Shown here: positions 1-10,948 of the stretch, in pieces | How positions within the stretch are numbered: position 1 is the first letter of the stretch | Layout: each line of letters begins with the position of its first letter | DNA from: Azolla caroliniana | Taxonomy: Eukaryota > Plantae > Polypodiophyta | Assembly (NCBI GenBank): GCA_043228905.1 | Contig: JBHGNT010000004.1 | Span: 13,702,001-13,766,000, forward strand | Length of the DNA: 64,000 bases | Direction of reading: 5' to 3' | Made by a program: the position numbers and the translations under genes | The notes under the pieces: generated by a model | What the model saw: the letters and a program-made list of their open reading frames with translations, nothing else | Database searches by the model: none | What the model was told of the DNA's origin: nothing

Positions 1-99
1 AGTCTAAGTTTATCACATGCAAGCATCATGCTTTTCCTATCTTTAGTTTTCATGCACACTGCATGTGCATGATTAGCTTTCTATAACTTTTTGTACCAT

Positions 100-235
100 G
101 CATGTCTAGAAATTTTACATGGGATAAAGTTTAGTATAACTTTAAAATTCATAATACGCTAGTATAATGATAAGGCTTAACATTATTAACATGGAGGTGC
201 AAGGTTCGAATTTGCCCTATGCATGTAATATATAA
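100..235. other. AT-rich remnant with a tRNA-like A/B-box module, possibly a decayed chromovirus LTR
   Basis: TAGTATAATGA at 160-170 and GGTTCGAATT at 203-212 (43 nt apart), with TCTAGAA upstream at ~106. This is the same arrangement as in the chromovirus LTRs at 29772 and 38115. Confidence 0.3.
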
Positions 236-249
236 TTTTATACTTTCTT

Positions 250-520
250 CTATTTACAAATATGTCTCTTCATCTGGTGAGAGACTCTCACCGGCCTTCT
301 TCATCCGGCTCTTGCCGGTTCTGCTTCATCCGGTTCTCGCCGGTTTTCTTTATCCGATTCTTACCGGATCCTCCTTACCGGTCCTCTTTGTCCGTTTCTC
401 ATCGACTCTCACCAGCCTTCTTCATCCGGCAAGATTCATCCGGCTCTTGCCGGTCTCCTTACCGGTTTCGGTCCTCACCGGTTCTTCCTTCCGGTTCTCA
501 CTGGGTACTCCATATTGTAT
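250..520 (-). repeat. Degenerate CCGG-rich tandem repeat, probably a Tork-like LTR U3 remnant
   Basis: Starts ATTTACAAATATGTCTCT, resembling ATTCACAAATATGTCTCC in the LTR at 32386-33057, followed by TTCATCCGG/CCGGTTCTC reiterations. Confidence 0.45.
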
Positions 521-544
521 CCGGAGAAACCAAAAATGTAATTT

Positions 545-928
545 TTCACGTAGTGTGCGAATTACACTACGACAACGTTGTCAACCACGGAGGCGGAGTA
601 CATGGTGGTTGTGGAAGCCGGCAAGGAAATACTATGGATGAAGGACTTCATCGGAGAGCTCGGTATCCGGCAAGATGAATACCGGCTCTATTGCGATGGT
701 CAAAGTGCCATCCACCTTGCTAAGAACGCAGCGTACCATTCCAGGACGAAGCACATCCAACGTAGGTATCACTAGATCCGGGAGCGAGTAGAAGATCGAG
801 AGTTTGCGCTGACGAAGATCCACACGGATGAGAATGGGTCAGATATGCTGACCAAAGTGCTGATACCCAACAAGTTGGATGCATGTCGGAAGCAGATCGG
901 ACTAGTAAGACATCCCATGCCGGAGTGA
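545..928 (+). pseudogene. 3' end (RNase H) of a Tnt1/Tork-like copia pol
   Basis: STTEAEY..CDGQSAIHLAKNAAYHSRTKHIQRRYH*IRER..NGSDMLTK, with an in-frame stop. Close to the C-terminus of the intact ORF at 33068-37144. Followed by a purine tract (GAAGGGG). Confidence 0.9.
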
Positions 929-938
929 AGGGGCAATT

Positions 939-1316
939 TGTTAGGAAATAGGTCCCTCCAGATGGGAAGTGAGAAGAACAGTGTTGATGAGCAACTCGGC
1001 CTCGGCCGAATCCGGATGTGGAGTACCCGGCAACCGAAGACCCGGTGAGAACCAGATGTGGAGTACCCGGCAACGAAAGACCTGGTGAGAACCGGATGTG
1101 GAGTACCCGGCAACGGACGACCTGGTGAGAACCGGATGTTGCAGGCCCAGTGAGAACCTCTCATCGGATGGAAGGGACATATATGTAAATATGTTCTAGA
1201 GAGCCCACTGGGGCTATATTTGTAAATAGCCCGAAAGTCATATTAGTATAAATATGACCTAGGGCAAACTTAATAGTGATGATGATAGAGTTATTCGTGT
1301 AACTCTTGTACAATGC

Positions 1317-1360
<44 letters not shown>

Positions 1361-1652
1361 TACAGAGATTATGTCTCTATTGTAACCGTCATGAGGCGAA
1401 GATTGTGAGCAAGAGGTCGTTGCCTCTGTGCTCCCTATTGTATTACTTTACATAGTGATAGTTTGGAGTCTGTGGACTCCCGTGGTTTTTCCCTCTCAGG
1501 GTTTTCCACGTTAATATCCTGTGTATCCTCTTTTGATTGTTCGTGCACTTACCTCCATTCCCATTTCTTCTGTGTTCGATTGTATAAAGTGATTTACCCT
1601 TCGGTTGTTGCCGGAGATTATTCGGCGTATTCCTCGACAGGATTGAACAACG
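939..1652 (+). mobile_element. 3' LTR of a Tork-like copia
   Basis: TGTTAGG directly after the PPT. The first ~55 nt match the solo LTR at 25709. Contains a TATA-like TATAAATA (~1247) and (GA)n at 1321-1354. The right end is approximate (AACAACG). Confidence 0.8.
1012..1140 (+). repeat. 40-bp tandem repeat (~3.3 copies) in LTR U3
   Basis: CCGGATGTGGAGTACCCGGCAAC...GACCTGGTGAGAA recurs at 1012, 1052, 1092 and 1132. Confidence 0.9.
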
Positions 1653-2618
1653 CATAGAAGTGGTCGGCGCATCAAGACAATGTTTTGCATGCAAAAAGCT
1701 TGGTCATTTAAAAAAGAACTGCCTCACGAGACGCATTAAGGATCCCACCATGGAGACCTTGAAAGGTCGGGACAACATAGGATATCAGAAACCTCCCCCA
1801 CCACGCCTTGATAAGGTTGTGATGGAATGGTGAGTGGTGGGGAAATCCCATGTCCTACGTCAAACTCCACAGTCACAAAATCCTCCATTGCCAGTGAGCC
1901 CCAATCATTTTGATCTACTACAAGAGCTCCCCCCCACAAATGAGCACACCCCTAGTGCTTTCTTAAGCCCCAAGGAAAGACCCAAGGTGACTCCAAACAC
2001 ACAAGAGAAATTCTCGTTAAAGCTTACAAAACAGGGAAGCGGCGAAGGATCAATCATGTTAAGACCCTAATGCGGAGCTTTAACGGAACTGCACCCAATG
2101 GAGAAACAACAAATCAAGGCAGTAGTTTGAATATCACACCTCAGATCATAGCCTTCCCGGCCATAAATGAGTGTGATATAGCTAGCCAGGACCTTGAACC
2201 ACACCTGCAAAATGCCCTAAAGTGGTTGGGTACAGGGCACACGAAAGTGGACAAAATAAGGGTACATGTATCAACGGTACACACGAATGAAGTACCGATG
2301 ACCTCAATTTCTTTTCCACTCTTGCTTCCGACACAAGAGGAATGGTCCAAGTCCAAGATCAAAGATACCCTATGTAGTCAAGCAGCCTGTTTTGTCACAA
2401 AAATAAGAGTTGAAGCCCTCATGAACGAACTAAAGAAGCATTGGAATAACATAGAATTCTGGTGCACCATGGATGAAGAGGAACCTCATCTTTGCCACAT
2501 CCACTTGCGGACTCTCATAGACACCCAGTTAACTCCAGGCTTCTTTTATTTCTATGAGAAGCAGGAAGGGACTATTGAAGCTCACCGGATAACCCACAAA
2601 CTCCACTCTTGGATTTAG
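1653..2618 (+). pseudogene. LINE ORF1 C-terminal remnant
   Basis: 1681-1722 encodes CFACKKLGHLKKNC (CCHC knuckle), followed by interrupted Pro/Ser-rich and C-terminal ORFs (1834-2070, 2070-2618). Confidence 0.65.
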
Positions 2619-2728
2619 ACCAACATTCCATCCCTGGAAATGACCGGATGTCTAAATGGTGAGTGCTCCCCACTCACGACCTATTGTGCAAAGCACCAGG
2701 AACAACTAGCAATCTCCAACCCCATTCC

Positions 2729-5700
2729 ATGAGTATGAAGATTATAACATGGAACGTGCAAGGGCTCAGAAGTAGACTAGAACAACAAAACAGGTGGAAA
2801 CTGAGAAGGGATCTTGAAGAATATTTACTAGGGAGTGGTGCTGACATCATCATGTTGCAGGAACACCACCTCGATAGCACACGGTTAAAGGAAGTTGGAG
2901 ACCTTCTACTAGGATCATGGTGAACGATTTGGGAGCTAGCAATTGGGGAGGATGGAAATCATGGTGGTATTTACACTTTGACCTGGGAACATCTAGCCCA
3001 AGGCTTAATACACCAGGAATCACTTATACCTAGCAGGGCACATTTTTGCACGTTGGCCATCCAAGGGCAACGATGGAACTTCATGAATGTTTATGCTCCA
3101 AATAGCAGAACAGAAAGGGCAACATTCTGGGACCACATCTGCCTACAAGTACCGGGTGCGGAAGAGTGGTGCATTGGAGGGGATTTTAATATGATCAAAT
3201 CCATTCACGATAGCTCCAACAACAACCCCATAGTTCTACAAGGAAGGGAACGTAAACAATGGGAGAAGCTATGTGTCCACCTTAACCTGCGAGACATTTG
3301 GCATTCTGACAACTTCCAACAAAAATGGGATTCTCTCCTATTCTCCTGATGAGACGGGTGGAATAGTGGACCCACCCTATCTCGCATTGACCGCATTTAT
3401 GTGGGCGAGGCTCTAGAAGCAAAGGGAGGATGGTGTCACATAACTCCAGGCACGACTTTATCTGACCATTACCCGGTAGTTGATCATTTTCAATTGCACT
3501 GAAAATGGGGCCCATTCCAGACTCGCATCCCACACACTATTTACACATTTATAGAGGTGAAGGACCAACTTTCCAACCAATGGTCATTACCCATCAATGA
3601 CTCATCAACATCTAACAAACTTCTAGCTAAATTAACAAGAGCTTCAACTCTCCTACATGAGATTGTCAAGACTAGAAGCAAGGATGCTCAGGAGAAGCGA
3701 CAGAGGACAAAACGGGGACTAATAGCCTTACAATGACTCCAATAGAGATACTTGTCATGTATTTGGATCGCAAGACAAGTCGCCACGACCAAACATGAAC
3801 TTAGCATGGCGGAAAAGGAAATATATGACATGGAGTTTCACGGAAGCATGGCGCGATGGATTTGAGTAGGGGACAAAACCACGAAAGAATTCTTCCGCTC
3901 CAAAGGCCCGAGGCACGCTAGAACTGTGATGTGTAGCCTCAACCGAGAGGATGGAACGACCACTAAGGATGGCGACGAAATGAGGAATATTGCTACAAGT
4001 TACTATAACTGCCTACTTACCGAAGACATTATAGCTATAGGGGAAGACATAAGAGAAGATATTATCCTCCAAAGCATACCCGAGAAAGTCACGCCGGAAA
4101 TGAATACATGGCTCGTGCGTCCCCTATCAATCATCGAGATATGGGAGGCCCTCACCGATTTAGATGCCGATAGTTGCCCCGGAATCGACGGCCTCACCCC
4201 ACACTTTTTCACATGCCTTTGGGACACTATAAAGAAGACCTCCTCCAGACATATGAGGAGATCATCACCTCTGGAAGCATGCCGGAGGAATTTGGACAGA
4301 GGATGATACATCTCATTCCTAAAAGTGGTGGGAATGCCAACGACATTAGCAAGTGGTGGCCCATAACTCTTCTCAATATTGTCTATAAGTTGCTTGCAAA
4401 AGTCATGGCACGCCGTTTAACACCAGTTCTCCCTCAACTCATTCATCCATCCCAGACAGGTTTCGTTAGAAATCGGAGCATCCTAGACAACCTCTTCTCA
4501 TTCTGGGAAGCAATAGCCCTTGCCAAGCGTACCAACAACAAGGTAGCGGTGGTGCTACTAGATTTTGAGAAAGCATATGACAGGGTATGCTGGAACTTTC
4601 TAGAAAGTGTGATGGGGAAACTCGTCTTTCAAGAGACATGGATCAAAGGCATTGCAGGACTTTATAGGAATGGCAACAGTTGCGTTTCACTGGCAGGTGA
4701 AAGGTGCCCCTTTTTCCGAATATCCCGATCTGTACGACAGGGATGACCACTAGCTCCATCCTTATTTCTATTATACGCCGAAGCACTCTCTTGCTTTCTC
4801 AACTTGCGGCATCTCAACCTACGTGGTCTTCCCGTACCTCATTCTCACCAAAGCATCCTGGATATAGAATTTGCAGATGACACAACGGTCTACTTACAAA
4901 GGGACTTGGAAAACCTCCAAAAGCTAGAAAGTGGGCTAATTGTATTTTGCAAGAGATCCAATGCGATGATCAATTGGCACAAATCCTGCACAATATGGCT
5001 CTCTTAGGAAACACATCTGGCATGGCACCCACATCCTGCTTTCAAATGGATCAATCAAGGAGCGAGCACCAAATATTTGGGTTTCCAAATTGGTTTCAAC
5101 ATACCGTCGAAGACTATGATTGCACCCATTATCCATTCCATTCGACAAAAGTTGATACATTGGAGCTCGAAAAAACTGTCGCTAGTGAGTTGCATCATAG
5201 TGGCAAATCAGGTACTACTCACAACAACATGGTACAATCTATCATGCTGGACAATCTCCAAGGAAAGTATACATCAGATTCAACGACTGGTTCGCAACTA
5301 CATTTGGTCTGGTAAGGAAGACCATGTAGCTCGCGCCAAGATGGCGTGGCCTATACTCACAGTGCCTAAGTCGAGAGGGGGATTGGGTCTTATTGATCCC
5401 CTTTCACAATCAAAAGCCTTACTTGCCAAATTTGTGGTGCGAGGACTCCAACCAGGAAATGACTGTTGGAAAATGCTACTGAGTTTACGTTTCGCTTACT
5501 TTAGGCCATGAAAAGGGGTCAATTGGACCCCCCAAACAAGATGGATTCTAAGCATGGATCTCAAACCTAGTTTCTCCCGCCAATTGGTGGATAGATTCAG
5601 TGCATCCATGTGGAAGGCATGGTATGACATTCGTCAAGGGCTCAAGTGTGATCAACCGAGATCCAAACCTGCCTGGCTCAGTCAACATATCCTATGGAAC

Positions 5701-7024
5701 CCATGTATCAAGGATGAACCTAATCAACTACTAGGATCACGTAAGGGGTTGTCATGGGGATACATTGAAGAAGGTCCAGGAAAAAGTATGGAATGTTGGC
5801 GACGGTTTATGTCACTGCCACGACAAGATCAAGCGAACATACTCCATGGAATCAAGGGCGGATGGACAATGAGATCGGAAATCATTAACGCTCCAATGAT
5901 TAGGGAATCTGCTACTCAAAGGACGATAATGGAGAAATGGATAGGCCACGAGGAGGAGGGATCTCTGATCTCGAGAGGTAGGGGACCACCAGACAGGATC
6001 GAAGGCTTTGAATTGCGAGACACTGAGACACCAACACATAATAACGCAATTCGAGTACTCACGTATACTGGTCATAAATGGATTGCAGATCCTGATCTGA
6101 TCAAACTACAACCCGATTGGCACATATGTACTCATGAAAACACATGGCTACGTAAGGTCAGTTGGGACCCTTTGCAATGGACATGGCGTGATCCCTACGC
6201 AGGGCAAGGAAGCAAACCCATCCCTTTCTTCCAATTCACAACTAGATTGGGTCGCCACATTCTAGCTGCTCAAACCGCTCGAAAACCAGCTGCTGCGAAG
6301 GTCTGGCACACATTTCAAGTTCCTCCCACAATAATCACTAAGTTTTGGCAGAAAATCTAGAAACAATAACACGCGAGGCGAATTACCACCTTCCAATGGC
6401 TATTAATACATAAGTCCTTACTAGTGGAAGCATGGCAATGGGAACCTTAGCTCTCCTAATTGTGTAGAGTGCCCACATGCAGTAGAATCAATACGACATG
6501 CTCTGTGGGACTGCCCCATGTCCCATCGAATATGGCGGGGGGTTGGCTACTTGTTGTAATTATGTCAAGTGCAAGGCTCAATCAAGTGGGGAAATATATG
6601 TTGGTTATCATGGCAGACCGCAATTGGCAGATACGAGCATCACGAGGAGGGGATGACTTTGGTGATAAAAGCACAAGAGGTCTTTTTCTATTCCAGTGGC
6701 AATGTCCACTCCACTCCTCTTAATGAAAAATCTCAAGAGGTGTTGGAATTGGTCAGCCCAATAACTCTTTGGATTCTATGGAAACAACGATGTAGGCAAG
6801 TCTTCTCCAACCAAACCGCACATCCAACAAGGTTACTGCAAGAGATATGGAGTGAAATTGTAGCCACTCTAAAGTGTCAATATGATGGCCTTAAGGGCGG
6901 CTCCGATGCAGTTGAAAGACAACGAATAGCTTTCATCCAACAATGGTCGTCCTCTCCCTTTCTTGAGTCAGTGGGCATCCACATAAGATGGAACTATCGC
7001 ATCCCTACAGGGATTTGTACATAA
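2729..7024 (+). pseudogene. LINE ORF2 (APE endonuclease + reverse transcriptase), with many stops and frameshifts
   Basis: MKIITWNVQGL, LQEHH, NVYAPN, GGDFN, PGIDG, QTGFVRNRSI, LDFEKAYDRV, SVRQG, EFADDT, RGGLG, LWILWKQRC. Confidence 0.92.
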
Positions 7025-7514
7025 TCGTCTCATTTGTAAAATGTTACAACTAATGGAAGGAGTTTTTTTTGGAAAAAAAAAACAAAAATTACAAATGATC
7101 ACTAGGATAGGTGATGTTATTCTCACATTTGTTTGTTTCATCCCATTGGTCCTCTCTAGGTCAATAAAAGTGATTGATCACATCGAAAATGTTATTGTTT
7201 CATTTGCCGTTTGATTCCAATATACACATTTAGGGTTGTGCTTTTTTCACAAACATTTTGATAAAACGTCTATAATAATATATTGCGTAACACATGAATC
7301 CTTGTAGCACTGTCTCATTTTTAGGTAGAGGTTGTTCGAGTATTAGTTTGACTTTGGATATTACATGCCCAATAATTATCCTAGGTTTTATTGAAAACCA
7401 TCACTTGAGGAGGTTTAATGATGACCTATATAGTCAACATTTTTCAAATAGAGTTTTGAGTAATCCTAGGTGTTCACTCCACACAAAGTTACAACACAAG
7501 CCATCCACATATAA

Positions 7515-8908
7515 TGTTGAGAGAAAAGCTCAACATTCGGTGCGTAATCGGGTGCGTAAACTAGGTGCGTAATACCGTGCACGCAATAGGCCGTAGCGGT
7601 GCGTAAACCGCGAGGCTGTTGGAAAGATATTGGCTGAAACGACTATTACGGGATCTGCAGGTAGAGTTGTCTGATCCGACGACGATCTTTTGTGACAACC
7701 TCAGCAGTATCCACCTTGCAAAAAACCCTATGTTCCACACCTGGACCAAGCACATTGAGGTGCATTACCATTTTGTCCGCGAGCGGGTCCTTTCAGGTGA
7801 AGTCGAACTGGCGTATGTTCCGACGGATCGGCAGGTTGCCGACATCTTCACCAAGTCTCTTGGTCTCGACAAGTTATGGCATTTCTCGGGTGAGCTAGGG
7901 TTGCGTAACCTCGACACACCGAACTTGAGGGGGAGAAAGGAAGAACGGGAACAAGAGCGTGAAAGGAGTGGAGGTGTTCATCACGACGGAAGTGACCGTG
8001 ATGAGGAATCAGACGAAGAATTCAATTTCGAACCGGCTGAAGAAGCCGAAGAAAGAAGCAACGACCGTAATCGTAGGAAAGAGTCATATAATTGTAGGAA
8101 AGAGTCAAAGATAGCCGAATCAGGGGGAGATAAGGCCAACACCAAGACGTGGTCTAATGTTGTCAAGGGCTTGAAGACTGAAGACGAATTGGAGACAACC
8201 AATTTGGATGAGAGCGGAATTGAATCGAAAGTGTTCGATTCAATCGGAATGTTCGATTTGGATATGCCGAATCAACTGACGGCCATGCGGAGAAAAGGGC
8301 AGCGAAGGACGCGCCGACACCACAACAACAAGGGAGCTGAGAAGGGCCGGATGAGCAGACAAGCCGATCGGAAGGGTCGAGGCGTGCGGAATCAAACGGG
8401 TCGAGGAGCGCGAGAGAGGTGTGAAGCCAGAAGGAACCGGAGTGTAGATTTGGAGGAGCGAACAGAACCTCAAGTTGAGCTTGAGGGGGAGTGTTGAGAG
8501 ACAAGCTCAACATTCGGTGCGTAATCGGGTGCATAACCCAGTGCGTAAACTGGGTGCGTAAAACCGTGCACACAATAGGCCGTAGCGGTGCGTAAACCGC
8601 GAGGCCGTTGGAAAGATATTCCACGTAGGAATATATATTTGGGAGTTAGTGTAGAGCTCATTTATGAGCATTGAAGTACATGTCAATACTTCTGTCAGTC
8701 CGTATGGACTTGTATAAAAGTGCTCACTGAGCACATCCTATGTATAGAGTGTCATTTTTTGAAATAGAACTGAGTTGTCTGCTCTCTCTCTGTCTCTCCC
8801 TCTCCCTCTCCATCTCTGTGTTTTCTGTGTTTACTGAATTGTCTCATTCTTTTGAACTTTGTACTCTGCGTTTTATGCACACGCTTCTGCACAACGTATT
8901 CTTTTACA
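7515..8908 (+). mobile_element. Internally deleted Ale-like copia (truncated 5' LTR 7515-~7630, 3' LTR 8492-8908)
   Basis: TG..CA ends and TSD TATAA (7510-7514 / 8909-8913). The first ~115 nt of the LTR are fused directly to RNase H. Confidence 0.9.
7631..8497 (+). pseudogene. Copia RNase H C-terminus plus a ~190-aa acidic/basic extension
   Basis: CDNLSSIHLAKNPMFH..TKHIEVHYHFVRERV..ADIFTK..LRGR, then an open frame to PQVELEGEC*, whose stop lies inside the 3' LTR. Confidence 0.85.
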
Positions 8909-9519
8909 TATAATTCTACACCTTTTATGATATTGGTGGCGAAGATGTGGTCAACCCCTCTTTGGTACGTGCTTGACGCACTTGTGACTCCAAAAAGCAT
9001 TTGCCAATAGACAAGTGTGCCAAACTTGGTACCAAGTCCCATCTTGTGTTGATCTTCAAAGGCAACTACTATTTGGTTATACATTGAGAATCCGTATGTA
9101 AAGCTATACATTATTGTAAAGTTATGTGTATGCTTCTAATTTTTAAGTGGGGCCACTAGGAACCTAAACCAAGGGAGATGATTTGTTGTCAAAAAATTGT
9201 GAGTGTTGATTGCTCTATGAACGCACCTTTGTACTTATGTGAGTCTCGTAGCTTTGTACGTGCAGATGACGGTATGGCATGAAGAGTGTATGAAAATGTT
9301 TATGGCTAGACTTGAGTATGTCTTAATGTGAAGGTATTTGTGTGGGTGTGTTTTATGGGTGTATATTTTACATGTGTGTATGCGTGCTTGTAAAGTTGTA
9401 TATGTCTAGTGGAAAGTGAGAGGGGTATTTGGGGGAAGTGTAAGGTGAGAAGGATATTTTTGTCTGATTCATCTCTTCTACACAAATCACACACTTGCAA
9501 GTTTCCTTGTTCTCAAAGG

Positions 9520-9590
9520 CGTGCATGATGCTCAATTGACCAAGCATTAGGTTTTTCAAGATTTGGTGTCGTGGGTTCGACTCTTGCCAT
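9520..9590 (+). ncRNA. Degenerate tRNA-like / SINE-head sequence
   Basis: B box GGTTCGACTC at 9574-9583 in a wobble T-arm (GTGGG..CTTGC). Weak A box/D-arm upstream (GATGCTCAATTGACCAAGCAT). Confidence 0.35.
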
Positions 9591-9773
9591 TCACAAACTC
9601 TTTTGCTTGGAACTTTCTCTAGGAAATTCCATCACAATCCTCATACCTTTTCCAAGATTATTATATGGTGAACAACAAGTAAACAAAAAATGATCGCCAC
9701 CTCCTGCGAATTCAAAGAAAAAGTATATCTGCCTTACTATTCTTTTGATATACATCTTTTTATTATTATCGTA

Positions 9774-9850
9774 ATTAGCTTACCCTAGTGGTAAGTCGTT
9801 TACCCTACATACTAACACTACATCTTGGGTTCGAAACCCAATTCTCTCAC
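9774..9850 (+). ncRNA. Degenerate tRNA-like / SINE-head sequence
   Basis: A box-like TACCCTAGTGG (9781-9791) and a perfect T-arm TTGGG-TTCGAAA-CCCAA (9825-9841). No acceptor stem. Confidence 0.5.
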
Positions 9851-9893
9851 CTCTCTATTACTCCATAAATATCACCAATTTCAATAGATGCCA

Positions 9894-9967
9894 CTATGAA
9901 ATGTAGGGGTTGAACCCATGACCACTTGGTCTCCATTGGGCAACCTTACCAACTGAGCTACATCCAT
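9894..9967 (-). ncRNA. Degenerate tRNA-like / SINE-head sequence
   Basis: The minus strand reads ATGGATG-TAGCTCAGTTGGTAAG...GGTCATGGGTTCAACCCCTAC-ATTTCAT: consensus A box, B box and a partial acceptor stem. Confidence 0.55.
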
Positions 9968-10353
9968 CTGGGCCATCGTCCCAATATTTCACAATTGTTG
10001 ATCACCTTTCTCCTTCGTGATGCTCTTAAGGAGATTCATATTTTATAGCTTATTGGTCCATGAGTTAACTCTCTCCAATTGAACTAGATTTCTTTGTTGG
10101 CTTATTCTTTATCTCTATTAGGTCCCTTTAGAATATTTACTTGTAATGCAACCTTACAATCTACAATGATATGCACTTCACTCTGTGATGGTTGTGGCAA
10201 TCTCTTGTCTTGTGAGTAACCAATTTCTTAACCCTCACACATATGTCCTTAAACACGATAAACAAGGCACAAATTAAAGGTAGGTCGTTTTGCAGAGGAG
10301 GAGGAGGAGGAGGAGGAGGGAGAGAATGAGAAGATGAGAGTAGAGCGCAGAGA

Positions 10354-10909
10354 TAACAATTGGCAACGGTTCGGTTTGAACCGAACCGAACCGCGGTTTA
10401 ACGGCTTAACGACTTAATGGTTTCAATGGTTTGGTTCAGGGTTAGGTTTTTTTAAATGATTTGGTTTGGTTTCAACAGTCAAAAACTGTGGTTTAAACGG
10501 TTAAACAGTTTTAAAATTTTAAAATTTTAATTTTTTTAAAAACAAATTGAATAAAATTGAATAAAATTGAATAAAATTCTAAAAAATTCTAAAAATTGTT
10601 TTTAAACAATCTTTTCATTTTTACACCTTATTCTCACATTTTAGGAACATCTTAAAAATTTTAAAAATTCTAAATAATGAAATATTATAAATTTTAAAAA
10701 ATTAAAAATTTGACCTATGTTGAAAACCGAAACCGAACCACGAAACCACATTTTTTACGGTTTAATGGTTTAACGGTTTGAAAAATGTTTAACGGTTCAG
10801 TTTAACAGTTTTGTGGTTTGGTTCAAGTTTCAAAAAAATTAAACGGTTCGGTTCCAAACCGGTTTGGTTTGGACCCTCTCAAACCGAACCGAACTGTTGC
10901 CGATTGTTA
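10354..10909. mobile_element. hAT-superfamily non-autonomous element (MITE/Ds-like), 556 bp
   Basis: 8-bp TSD CGCAGAGA (10346-10353 / 10910-10917), 23-bp imperfect TIR TAACAAT(T/C)GGCAAC(G/A)GTTCGGTT, dense subterminal AACCG/CGGTT repeats and an AT-rich core. Confidence 0.92.
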
Positions 10910-10948
10910 CGCAGAGAGTAAAGAAAAGAATCTTTCCCTTCTCGCAAC

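Larger units (their letters stand above)
1653..7088 (+). mobile_element. Decayed L1-clade LINE, 5' part cut off by the copia LTR
   Basis: ORF1 zinc knuckle, ORF2 APE-RT remnants and an A-rich tail at 7073-7088. Confidence 0.9.
7300..9111 (-). pseudogene. Degenerate Ty3/gypsy RT fragment (D-like family), split by a copia insertion
   Basis: YSF..GFS.YNQ..EDQHK..MLFGVTSASSTYQ..HIFA..GVELY (8909-9111) resumes as LYVDGLCC left of 7514. It parallels the RT of D at 50345-50803. The left limit is approximate. Confidence 0.75.

Noticed and set aside
2070-2618. Host gene or extra LINE ORF
   Set aside because: It lies between the ORF1 knuckle and ORF2 on the same strand and is most simply the broken ORF1 C-terminus.
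9120-9500. TG-rich stretch with short ORFs
   Set aside because: No recognisable motifs. Probably highly decayed repeat sequence that I cannot assign.
10296-10345. (GGA)n/(GA)n purine tract as a regulatory element
   Set aside because: A simple microsatellite with no supporting context.
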